Source of the DNA: a virus
Taxonomy: Duplodnaviria > Heunggongvirae > Uroviricota > Caudoviricetes
IMG/VR virus record: IMGVR_UViG_3300022188_000009
Direction: 5' to 3' (one strand)
DNA length: 64,000 bases
The position numbers and the translations under genes are program-made. Position 1 is the first letter of the stretch, and each line of letters opens with the position of its first letter. This document shows, piece after piece, positions 17,679 through 26,142 of the stretch. Under the pieces are notes generated by a model. The model worked only from the letters and a program-made list of their open reading frames with translations. It was not told the origin of the DNA and searched no databases.

Positions 17679-19043
17679 ATGCATATCAAAGATCAGGAAA
17701 GAAATGGATTTAGAAGAACAGCATCTCCCTCAGAAACTATCAAAACAGTCAAAGACGGGTTACAACGTTTAGAATTGAAAGAAGAAATCAAAATAATGAA
17801 GTCTTCAGACCATTTATGGTCAGTACGTTTAGAAATACCCACTCTTCGTGCTGGTGTAAATGGTAAAGGTATAAGTGAACAACTTGCTATTGCTTCAGCT
17901 TATGGAGAAATGGCTGAACGTCTTTCTGCTGGTATGGAAATAGGTATTGAAGTTGGTCCATTTCGTCAGTTATTTGGAACAACAGGTGATGCTATGGCTA
18001 AAGTTACACTTTATAAATATATGAAAGGATACCGCTGGACTCATCAAGATAGTATACAAAATAGTGTAGCAGTTGAAGACTTTTGTAAACGTAACCCGTT
18101 TACTAATGAAGAATACCATAATATGAAAATGAATAGTGAGTTACTAAAACATTGGGTTCCTGGTTATTCTTTAGTACAAAAAAAGAATATTTATATACCG
18201 ATTCTTTTTACTAAATGGATATCATCTACCAACGGGTTAGCAGCAGGTAATACTATAGAAGAGGCTATAGTACAGGGTTGTTGCGAGATATTTGAACGTG
18301 ATGCCATGATAGACTTTTTACTAGGAAAAACTCCCCTTGAGAATTGTCCAGTAATTAATCTTACTACAATTGATAACCCCATTATTAAACAACATATTGA
18401 ATTTTTTCATAATAACCATGTTGAAGTTGTAATTCGTGATATAGGTAACAGTATTTATCCAGTATATACTATTCTAACATATAATCATGATATGCCTGAA
18501 AACTATATAGGCTATAATAATATTAAAGCCGGCAGTTCTTTTGATTCAAATGAAGCAATTATGCGTTGTTTTACAGAACGTATGCAGGGTACAGACTTTG
18601 AATTTGAAGAATCTCAAGGGCCTCGACCAGAAGGACTTAATCATGATCAATATATGTCTGCATTTTTCAAAGGAATATGTCCCATGGATCTTAAGACTCA
18701 CGGGGTAGGTACTTCAGTACCATATAAATCTTATTCAGAAACGAATATTGTGACTGAGATAAATAATTGTGTTGAAATTGCAAAGAAACTTGACACAGAT
18801 ATTATTGTAGTAGATCACACACATCCTATAATAAATTTTCCCACCGCCCGCGTAATTATGCCAGGAGTATCGGATTTTATGAAGTGGTGGGCACCTAGTA
18901 CACTAACCTCACAATTTGTTGGTAATCTTCAGCCTGAAGAAGATAAATATGAGAAAAAGTTAATTAGTGTCTTGGAATCTTTCTTTAAAAAGAAACCCCG
19001 TAAACAAGATCATGGTGGGGTTATAACATGTACAGAGGACTGA
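17679..19043 (+). CDS. YcaO-domain protein
   Basis: The segment GVNGKGISEQLAIASAYGEMAERL matches the YcaO signature, which is a GKG ATP-binding motif followed by a Ser/Ala-x-x-E-x-x-ER motif. Confidence 0.7.
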   Translation: MHIKDQERNGFRRTASPSETIKTVKDGLQRLELKEEIKIMKSSDHLWSVRLEIPTLRAGVNGKGISEQLAIASAYGEMAERLSAGMEIGIEVGPFRQLFGTTGDAMAKVTLYKYMKGYRWTHQDSIQNSVAVEDFCKRNPFTNEEYHNMKMNSELLKHWVPGYSLVQKKNIYIPILFTKWISSTNGLAAGNTIEEAIVQGCCEIFERDAMIDFLLGKTPLENCPVINLTTIDNPIIKQHIEFFHNNHVEVVIRDIGNSIYPVYTILTYNHDMPENYIGYNNIKAGSSFDSNEAIMRCFTERMQGTDFEFEESQGPRPEGLNHDQYMSAFFKGICPMDLKTHGVGTSVPYKSYSETNIVTEINNCVEIAKKLDTDIIVVDHTHPIINFPTARVIMPGVSDFMKWWAPSTLTSQFVGNLQPEEDKYEKKLISVLESFFKKKPRKQDHGGVITCTED

Positions 19044-19044
19044 T

Positions 19045-19464
19045 ATGGAAGAACAATGGATTGGCCCAGTTCGGCCGTTATTTAACTTAGAAGAGGAACC
19101 ACCTAAGAATAAAAGAGTTGAAAGACTTGTGGCTGGTACCAACAGTAATGGTATGGTGATAGATGTATCGAGACAAGGTTTAGAAATAAATGGGTACTAT
19201 GTGTCTTTTAATGACGGAGACACCCGTTATTCAATATTACGAGAACCTGTAGTTATCCCTTGGGATGAATTGGACAAAATGAAGAGTCGTATTTTTAAAG
19301 CAAAGAAACGTGTTGCTGAAATGGATCGAATAGAAGAAAAAGTCGATAAAAAGTATCTTAAAACATTACCAATTGTTGTAATTAATGGCGGAAAATACTA
19401 TATAGACCCCGAAAAGAGAGAAAGAAGGTCTGTGGACAAATCACAAGAAGTCTGGAAATTTTAA
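19045..19464 (+). CDS. Hypothetical protein
   Basis: 139-codon ORF. Its start overlaps the stop of the YcaO gene. Confidence 0.5.
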   Translation: MEEQWIGPVRPLFNLEEEPPKNKRVERLVAGTNSNGMVIDVSRQGLEINGYYVSFNDGDTRYSILREPVVIPWDELDKMKSRIFKAKKRVAEMDRIEEKVDKKYLKTLPIVVINGGKYYIDPEKRERRSVDKSQEVWKF

Positions 19465-19490
19465 GTTTATTTTATGAAAAGGTACAAAAA

Positions 19491-20351
19491 ATGAAATTTA
19501 TAAAAAAATTATATAATAATATTATTTGGAAAATGATTTATCATAATAAACCAATGTCTGAAAGCTTTATCAGAAGGTTTAAAGATAATGTTAATTGGTG
19601 GCAAATTTCTAGTTATCAAACTTTATCTGAAGACTTTATCAGAGAATTCAAAGACAGAGTCTTTTGGGATGAAATTTCTTATAATCAAATTTTATCAGAA
19701 GACCTCATAAGGGAGTTTTCCGATAAAGTAAATTGGGGTTGGATTTACTATAAACAAGCTTTACCTGAAGCTTTTATCAAAGAATTCTGGCACAAGGGAA
19801 ATTGGGCTATAATCTCACATAAACAAGTCTTATCAGAAGACTTTATAAGAGAATTTCAGGATAAAATTGATTGGCCAGGAATATCTCATTATCAGAATTT
19901 ATCAGAAGATTTTATAAGAGAGTTTCAGGATAAAGTTAACTGGAAAGCGATATCTAGCCACCAAATTTTATCAAAAAACTTCATTCATGAATTCAAAGAT
20001 GAAATTGATGTCGAAGTACAGTTTGTAAAACACCATAAGAAATTAATTTATAAAGAAAAATGTAAACTGGTCAAAAAGTACGCAGAAGAATACGGCCTGA
20101 AATATGACAATAAACATCTGTATGCTTACCGTAAACACGACAAGTTTGGCAGGGGTATGCACAGTAATACCGTTTACAAAAAGGGAGTTTATAGAGACTG
20201 GCATTGCGATCTGGAGTCAGGTTTTGGAGCTTCTTTCGGATTAGGAGTATTTCCGCAGGGTAACACACCTGTTCGTGTGAAGATTAAGGATATCGGTTGC
20301 TGGGCTGACGATTCAGATAAACTGAGGGTTTGGGAATTCGAAGTATTATAA
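19491..20351 (+). CDS. Tandem-repeat protein with about 6.5 copies of a 23-aa repeat (xQxLSEDFIREFxDKVNWxxISx)
   Basis: The repeats are visible at both the protein and the DNA level. Confidence 0.55.
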   Translation: MKFIKKLYNNIIWKMIYHNKPMSESFIRRFKDNVNWWQISSYQTLSEDFIREFKDRVFWDEISYNQILSEDLIREFSDKVNWGWIYYKQALPEAFIKEFWHKGNWAIISHKQVLSEDFIREFQDKIDWPGISHYQNLSEDFIREFQDKVNWKAISSHQILSKNFIHEFKDEIDVEVQFVKHHKKLIYKEKCKLVKKYAEEYGLKYDNKHLYAYRKHDKFGRGMHSNTVYKKGVYRDWHCDLESGFGASFGLGVFPQGNTPVRVKIKDIGCWADDSDKLRVWEFEVL

Positions 20352-20383
20352 AAAAATCTTTAAATAAAGTCTGGAGGCTACAA

Positions 20384-20848
20384 ATGGAATTTGTAAAAGG
20401 TGATATATTAGACGCAAAACATGGTATTATAGGACATCAGGTCAATTGTCGTATGGTAATGGGTGCCGGATTGGCTAAACAAATTCGTGATCAATACCCT
20501 ATAGTATTTACTGAATACAATGAAGTAATGGGTGCTGCTCCTATAGAGAATCGATTGGGTAAATGTCAGGTAGTACAAACTGGGCCCGATTTGTACGTAG
20601 CAAATCTGTTCGGTCAAATGGATTATTTTCCAAAAAACATACGTCATACTGACTATAACGCCTTATCTATGGCATTACATGGATTAAATTCCTGGCGAAA
20701 AATTAATTGGCCAGATGATCCATCAGTTATGCCTATTTATTTACCATCAGGATTGGGTTCCGGACTCGCTGGAGGAGATTGGATAATTGTAAAAGAATTA
20801 ATTGCAACAGTAATTTCTGACGCGATTATAGTTAGATATAACAAATAA
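20384..20848 (+). CDS. Macro-domain (ADP-ribose binding/processing) protein
   Basis: MEFVKGDILDAKHGIIGHQVNCRMVMGAGLAKQI matches the macro-domain N-terminal motifs (GDIT and NAAN..L.GGGV). RBS ggagg. Confidence 0.5.
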   Translation: MEFVKGDILDAKHGIIGHQVNCRMVMGAGLAKQIRDQYPIVFTEYNEVMGAAPIENRLGKCQVVQTGPDLYVANLFGQMDYFPKNIRHTDYNALSMALHGLNSWRKINWPDDPSVMPIYLPSGLGSGLAGGDWIIVKELIATVISDAIIVRYNK

Positions 20849-20849
20849 A

Positions 20850-21407
20850 ATGTATCAAGGGGGTGACCAAGTGTCAAGTTATTTTACCGAAATATATAAG
20901 GTTAACGCGTATGGAAAAAGCTCATCAAAACGAAAAACGTTATCAATAAAGTGTAAATATTGTGGAAGAACCTATATGTATACTTCAAATAAACATAAAC
21001 CTAAGAAATGTAGTATTTGTAACCATGTTTACGGCACCCCAATACCAATTAATACTATCATACCAGAAGGGGCTAAACTCTCTACACATAATCAAATACG
21101 TTTAGTGTGTGATCATTGTGGATATAGGGCAATAGTTTGGGTTAAGAAGGGTATTGCTAAGATTCCTTGTCCTAAATGTGAGATAGATGGGTTTGGAGTA
21201 AAAATTTATAAGTTGAACCCAGAAGGAGCTTGTGATACATATGAAGTATGGGAAGAAGAGTTTGTAAGTATATTTTCTAAAAAACCTAAAATTGCCACTA
21301 GACCAAAGAAGAAATTTTGTATTTGTAATGAATGTGGTTACAATAATTCTTTTATTATCAAACAACCAACTAAATGTAAAATTTGTAAAAGGATACTTCT
21401 TCCATGA
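20850..21407 (+). CDS. Multi-zinc-ribbon protein
   Basis: About eight CxxC pairs. Confidence 0.5.
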   Translation: MYQGGDQVSSYFTEIYKVNAYGKSSSKRKTLSIKCKYCGRTYMYTSNKHKPKKCSICNHVYGTPIPINTIIPEGAKLSTHNQIRLVCDHCGYRAIVWVKKGIAKIPCPKCEIDGFGVKIYKLNPEGACDTYEVWEEEFVSIFSKKPKIATRPKKKFCICNECGYNNSFIIKQPTKCKICKRILLP

Positions 21408-21610
21408 TAAAAATAAGAATAATTTTTCCACGAAATGCTACATTTTCAGAATTTCATTGGTGGTGCCCTGTATGTGATAAAGAAACTTATTTTTATTCAA
21501 TGCCGCCAACAAAATGCTTAAATTGTCAATACAACGCTCTACCAAATCTACGTTATTTGAACGAATGTAGAGATTACAGAATAAATTACCACAAAAAATG
21601 GAAGACATAA
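21404..21610 (+). CDS. Small zinc-ribbon protein, member of a paralog family
   Basis: Motif WWCPVCDK...CLNCQY. Confidence 0.45.
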   Translation: MIKIRIIFPRNATFSEFHWWCPVCDKETYFYSMPPTKCLNCQYNALPNLRYLNECRDYRINYHKKWKT

Positions 21611-21757
21611 TACAAATATTAAAAAAAAAGCTAAAGATCCTGTATGGTATACTTTTTGTCCATTTTGTGGTACTAGATTGTCTTACGTTTATGTATCTCC
21701 TGCAACTTGTAAAAATTGTACCAAAGTACTTCCACCATTTTGCTAAGGAATTTTAAT

Positions 21758-21982
21758 ATGTTTTCATTAAAATATGATATTCATTTTGACGATTATATGT
21801 TTACATGTCCGTCATGTAACTGTGTAACTATATATAGGACTAAATACCCTACTTCAAAATATTGTCGTATATGTGACACTAAGGTATATCCCAGAATAGA
21901 TATTATTATAAAAAGTATAGTGTATCGTACCATTTATCACTTTTCCAAGGAGGATTTATATGATAATGGGACAAAAAGGTAA
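21758..21982 (+). CDS. Small zinc-ribbon protein, member of a paralog family
   Basis: Motif CPSCNC...CRICD. RBS aaggaa. Confidence 0.45.
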   Translation: MFSLKYDIHFDDYMFTCPSCNCVTIYRTKYPTSKYCRICDTKVYPRIDIIIKSIVYRTIYHFSKEDLYDNGTKR

Positions 21983-22457
21983 AAAAAAGAGCCACTATAT
22001 AAGAGTGGCAACATTTAAAATAGATGAAGTATTACCATTTGTTTTTACAAGAGAGATTCGACATACTCTTCGTGCACAAGGTTTTCGTTATGATAGTAAT
22101 GAGTGGAAGACTGCTAGCCGACGTGGATACCAGATTTATTTGAACGGTAAAGATAAAACAATTAAGGTTTCCATGGGCTCACACCGATATCAACTGTTTG
22201 CTCTTAAAGGTATTAAATGTACAAGATGTGGTATTGAAGGTGAATATTTCGCACTTGAGCGTGATTTTAAAACCAGCCCTGATAAATTTCACTTCAATCT
22301 ATATGGTAATGATAGTAATGGACAAGAAATAATGATAACCAAAGATCACGTTATTCCTCGATCAAAAGGGGGAAAAAATAAGTTGAATAATTATCAACCT
22401 ATGTGCTTTAGGTGTAACCAGAAAAAGGCGGATAAATTATATTATGTTAAAGATTAA
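21960..22457 (+). CDS. HNH endonuclease
   Basis: The motif ITKDHVIPRSKGGKNKLNNYQPMCFRCNQKK is an HNH core. Confidence 0.65.
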   Translation: MIMGQKGKKKSHYIRVATFKIDEVLPFVFTREIRHTLRAQGFRYDSNEWKTASRRGYQIYLNGKDKTIKVSMGSHRYQLFALKGIKCTRCGIEGEYFALERDFKTSPDKFHFNLYGNDSNGQEIMITKDHVIPRSKGGKNKLNNYQPMCFRCNQKKADKLYYVKD

Positions 22458-22662
22458 AGTTGAAGCCTGTAGGTATAGTTGTGTCAACTTTAGGTGTCCT
22501 AAATGCAAGTCATATGATATAGTATATATTAATATGCCAGATACTTGTTGGAATTGTGGGAGTAAATATCAATTTGATCTTGCAACATTAATTAAAAATA
22601 AAAATGAACGCACATTCTTTCACTTTAATAAAGGGGAAACGTCGGGTTATTATCATGATTAA
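22444..22662 (+). CDS. Small zinc-ribbon protein, member of a paralog family
   Basis: Motif CPKCKS...CWNCG. Confidence 0.45.
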   Translation: MLKIKVEACRYSCVNFRCPKCKSYDIVYINMPDTCWNCGSKYQFDLATLIKNKNERTFFHFNKGETSGYYHD

Positions 22663-22885
22663 ATTTAAAGTTTTAAGAGCATTAGATGAACACCCAGGTA
22701 ATTCTAGCATAAGCATAAAATGTCCAAAATGCCAAAGTATAAATTTTCGCGGACTCACTTCTTTTGACAATTCAGGCGTCTTTATGTGTTGGGATTGTTT
22801 AAATATTTTACCTAATATCATATTAATGTTTAAATACCAAGTACACCGTAAAATTTATTACACAAAAAGTTCTACTCCTTTTTAA
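22655..22885 (+). CDS. Small zinc-ribbon protein, member of a paralog family
   Basis: Motif CPKCQS...CWDC. Start at MIKFKV. Confidence 0.4.
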   Translation: MIKFKVLRALDEHPGNSSISIKCPKCQSINFRGLTSFDNSGVFMCWDCLNILPNIILMFKYQVHRKIYYTKSSTPF

Positions 22886-22906
22886 GATAATTGTGAGGGT
22901 TAGTTA

Positions 22907-23128
22907 ATGTTTAAAGTTAAGATACATAAAAACAATGAGTATAACAATATGAAACATTGGCAATGCCCACACTGTCTTACAAAAGAAGTTGCAATAACAA
23001 TATTTCCTGAAAGCTGTCATAATTGTGGTGAAACATTACCGTTTCTTTTTGATTTATTGTCACGAGTATCTGCTAGAGCTGCATATCATTTTGCAAAAAG
23101 GTATCAAAGTAATTCAAATTTAATTTAG
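22907..23128 (+). CDS. Small zinc-ribbon protein, member of a paralog family
   Basis: Motif WQCPHC...CHNCGE. Confidence 0.45.
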   Translation: MFKVKIHKNNEYNNMKHWQCPHCLTKEVAITIFPESCHNCGETLPFLFDLLSRVSARAAYHFAKRYQSNSNLI

Positions 23129-23145
23129 GGTACTAAGGACAAATT

Positions 23146-23358
23146 ATGATTAAAATGAAATTAAATGGTAGATTTTCTGGCAGCAATATCCCCATTAAGA
23201 ATTATGTGCGGTGTCCACAATGTTTAACAGAGAATTTTTTTCATAATTGGGCACCACGGTATTGTGAAAGTTGTGGTTTTTCTTTTGGAAATATAATTTT
23301 ACTAATAGAGAGCATACGTGTTCGTAAATACTACTACAAAAAAGGAGAAATAAATTAA
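23146..23358 (+). CDS. Small zinc-ribbon protein, member of a paralog family
   Basis: Motif CPQCLT...CESCGF. Confidence 0.45.
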   Translation: MIKMKLNGRFSGSNIPIKNYVRCPQCLTENFFHNWAPRYCESCGFSFGNIILLIESIRVRKYYYKKGEIN

Positions 23359-23361
23359 CTA

Positions 23362-23568
23362 ATGTACAAATATAAAAAATATGGAAATGTTGAGATAGAA
23401 GAATCCTGGGATTTAACAACAGACGATCGTAATGAAATTGTGTCGACGCTCGCAGAGTCTGTATGTATCCCAACATTGAAAAAATTTGACGGTGTTTGGA
23501 CACAACAAGAGGCCAGAACTATTCTTGAAAGTGGTTACAGAGTTTTTAGCAATATTAAGGAAAAATAA
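23362..23568 (+). CDS. Hypothetical small protein
   Basis: 68-codon ORF. Confidence 0.4.
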   Translation: MYKYKKYGNVEIEESWDLTTDDRNEIVSTLAESVCIPTLKKFDGVWTQQEARTILESGYRVFSNIKEK

Positions 23569-23571
23569 ATA

Positions 23572-23769
23572 ATGGAATACAAAATAGCGGTATCGTGGGT
23601 AGAGACAGGAATAATAAAAATTGAAGGGAACAGTGTTGAGGCCGCCCTTAAAATTGCTGAAAAGACAATAGATGATATGAGATTGCCAGACGGTGAATAT
23701 CTCGATGAATCTTTTCAGATAGATAAGGAAACAACAAAGTTATTAAATTTTAAAAAGAATTTAGTTTAA
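23572..23769 (+). CDS. Hypothetical small protein
   Basis: 65-codon ORF. Confidence 0.4.
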   Translation: MEYKIAVSWVETGIIKIEGNSVEAALKIAEKTIDDMRLPDGEYLDESFQIDKETTKLLNFKKNLV

Positions 23770-23789
23770 TAAGTAAAAGGAAAAGCATT

Positions 23790-24074
23790 ATGGTCCAAAC
23801 AATTAAGAAAAGTAATTGTACACTTGTTCATTTAAAAACCGTAAAACCTATTAACAAAGGTAGGTTACTGTATGATAAGCAAGCTAATTCGTCAATTGAA
23901 GCAATGGATATGAATAAACGAACCAAACATGTTGATGCTGCTTATGATTACTTATCAAAAAAGTCAACTAATAGCTGGCGTAAAAATGACTTTACTCCTA
24001 TTTTATTTGGACTTGGATGGTTAGCTGGACTAATAACAATGTATGTAATTACACATTATTGGGAAATCATGTAA
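23790..24074 (+). CDS. Small protein with a C-terminal transmembrane helix
   Basis: RBS aaaaggaaaagc. Confidence 0.4.
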   Translation: MVQTIKKSNCTLVHLKTVKPINKGRLLYDKQANSSIEAMDMNKRTKHVDAAYDYLSKKSTNSWRKNDFTPILFGLGWLAGLITMYVITHYWEIM

Positions 24075-24445
24075 TGATTAATAAATATATATCGTGGGAA
24101 GAATACCGCAAAACATGTACACAAAAATTTAAATTAGATAATTTTCTCTGTGATCATCCGAATTGCTCAATGTGGAACTGTGAAGAACATACATGCCCTA
24201 TTTTCCGAAAGGACTCAAAAATGTTTATGATGAATAACATAAGTATGATGAATGCCCCAAGTTGGGCTATAAGATCCACTACTGTTAATAAAAACGGTGG
24301 TATAGCAATATTTAATGATGAAATGTCTAGCGACTACCCGTTATCTCAAGTCATAAGGCACCATTTGTTACGCTGTAAATCTGTCGTGAATGATGTGTCA
24401 ATGTTAGAAATAAGGCCAAATAGTACGAGAAGTTTTAAGTTTTAA
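24074..24445 (+). CDS. Cys/His-containing hypothetical protein
   Basis: Start at MINKYISW, overlapping the upstream stop in a TAATG arrangement. Confidence 0.4.
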   Translation: MINKYISWEEYRKTCTQKFKLDNFLCDHPNCSMWNCEEHTCPIFRKDSKMFMMNNISMMNAPSWAIRSTTVNKNGGIAIFNDEMSSDYPLSQVIRHHLLRCKSVVNDVSMLEIRPNSTRSFKF

Positions 24446-24465
24446 AATGTAAAAAAGAGGGTATA

Positions 24466-24654
24466 ATGACACATAAATGGGCGACTACAACGGTCTACAA
24501 AGAAGGTGATTATTACGGAGCCATGATTGATGCAGAAGATTTATCTGAAGCAATAAACATACTGCTTTCTTATCGTGATGTAATAATTGCATATGGATCT
24601 GTGTCTCCTGTTATTAACACTCAGGAATGTTTTTTAAGTGAGGTTGCAATATAA
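24466..24654 (+). CDS. Hypothetical small protein
   Basis: RBS aagagggt. Confidence 0.35.
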   Translation: MTHKWATTTVYKEGDYYGAMIDAEDLSEAINILLSYRDVIIAYGSVSPVINTQECFLSEVAI

Positions 24655-24818
24655 TGACACATATACAGGTCAAAACAGATAATAGTGAGTATTTAAGAAT
24701 ATTTGATATCGATAAGGAATTAAGCGAAGTTATAGACAGTTGTTTAGATGACCAGAATAACCCTAGACACCCTATTGTACTTATGACAGTTTCTCCAGAA
24801 CCAATTGTTTATGATTAA
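24654..24818 (+). CDS. Possible 54-aa protein
   Basis: Overlaps the upstream stop in a TAATG arrangement. Speculative. Confidence 0.25.
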   Translation: MTHIQVKTDNSEYLRIFDIDKELSEVIDSCLDDQNNPRHPIVLMTVSPEPIVYD

Positions 24819-24841
24819 AATACCTAGTAAAGGATTATTAA

Positions 24842-25324
24842 ATGAATATTAAGATATTAGGAGCAAGAAAACGTTTTTATATCCCACCACTTGTTGTAAT
24901 ATATATTGCGTTTTTAATTGCAGCAATATCTACGAGTATTAAAGTAACTCGGGTATATAGAGTTTGCCCAGTATTTATTTGGTTTGTTGATGATAATATA
25001 TATGGTGGTGCTTCATTTGCTGGAATATGTAAAGGGCCAGTTATTCTAATTAATAAAAAATATCGTAATGATGAAGAAATACTGGCACATGAATTAGTTC
25101 ATTCAGAACAAGTTTACCGTACTTTTTTCTTACATTGGATTATTTGTTATTTATTCAGTGATTACCTTGCTGAGGCTGAAGCTGAAGCTTATGGACGTAC
25201 TGGTATGACAAGAGAAAGTGACGCAGATTATTATGCAAAATTTATCAAAGAAGAGTATGCACCTGAAACTGATGTTAAATTTATTGCTAAAAAACTGAGG
25301 TATTATTGGAAAATCAGTAATTAA
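24842..25324 (+). CDS. Membrane-anchored putative zinc metallopeptidase
   Basis: An N-terminal transmembrane helix followed by the HExxH motif in AHELVHSEQ. Confidence 0.4.
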   Translation: MNIKILGARKRFYIPPLVVIYIAFLIAAISTSIKVTRVYRVCPVFIWFVDDNIYGGASFAGICKGPVILINKKYRNDEEILAHELVHSEQVYRTFFLHWIICYLFSDYLAEAEAEAYGRTGMTRESDADYYAKFIKEEYAPETDVKFIAKKLRYYWKISN

Positions 25325-25344
25325 AAGGAGAAAATATAAGTATT

Positions 25345-26118
25345 ATGAAAACAACAAAGATTGACTGGGATACTAATAGTGCTCCTAAAAACTGTTACAC
25401 CAGCGATAGTATTCTATTTAGTTGGTTAACTACTCCAAAAAAGAATGTATTTCTGCAAGTCTCAAATTGGCATAGTTGTAGAGAGACTTTTATAACAGAA
25501 ATTCAACGTGCTTTAGGAATCACAGAATGGAGCTACATACGCAAGTTAAATTTACGTCGGATGAGGTTTGCAGTTATTCGTAATTATCCTAAAAAAGTAA
25601 CTAACTTTAAAAAGAAGACTAATTATGATATTATATGGATAAAAAACGCTAAACTAATTCTGAATTTATTTGAGAAACGCCTTGGTTGGGGGTTAACTAC
25701 AGTGTACAGAGTAGACCCTGAATGTGTTGGTGAAGATGCTAATGCCAATGTATTCGTATTTTCAGGATCTGTTAAATGGATGCGTTCTCCACAATTAATG
25801 TCCCTATATCTGTTGATTCTGCGTCTTAGTAAACACGCTCATTTTCAGAAAGTTAAAAGTATGGACGATTTGGGCGAATGGGTAAAAGAAAACAGGACTA
25901 AGGACCATCAAGATGCTGTATATTTAAAATATATTTATCCACACCTGTTTAATATATTGGATAATGTAGAATATCTTTTCTTTAAACGGTCTATGAAAAA
26001 GAATTTTGCTAAACAGGATGGATACAACGGCATTAATAATATGATTAACGGTATTGCTGATTATGTCACAAACTACAAATTAAATAAAATTAAAAAAAAA
26101 TGCAAAAAAAATGTTTAA
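25345..26118 (+). CDS. Member 1 of a five-gene paralogous family of unknown function (WHSCRETF and SPQLMSLYLLILRL motifs)
   Basis: Long segments of its DNA are identical to the gene at 26143..26907. Confidence 0.6.
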   Translation: MKTTKIDWDTNSAPKNCYTSDSILFSWLTTPKKNVFLQVSNWHSCRETFITEIQRALGITEWSYIRKLNLRRMRFAVIRNYPKKVTNFKKKTNYDIIWIKNAKLILNLFEKRLGWGLTTVYRVDPECVGEDANANVFVFSGSVKWMRSPQLMSLYLLILRLSKHAHFQKVKSMDDLGEWVKENRTKDHQDAVYLKYIYPHLFNILDNVEYLFFKRSMKKNFAKQDGYNGINNMINGIADYVTNYKLNKIKKKCKKNV

Positions 26119-26142
26119 ACATATAAAGGAAATATAGGTATT

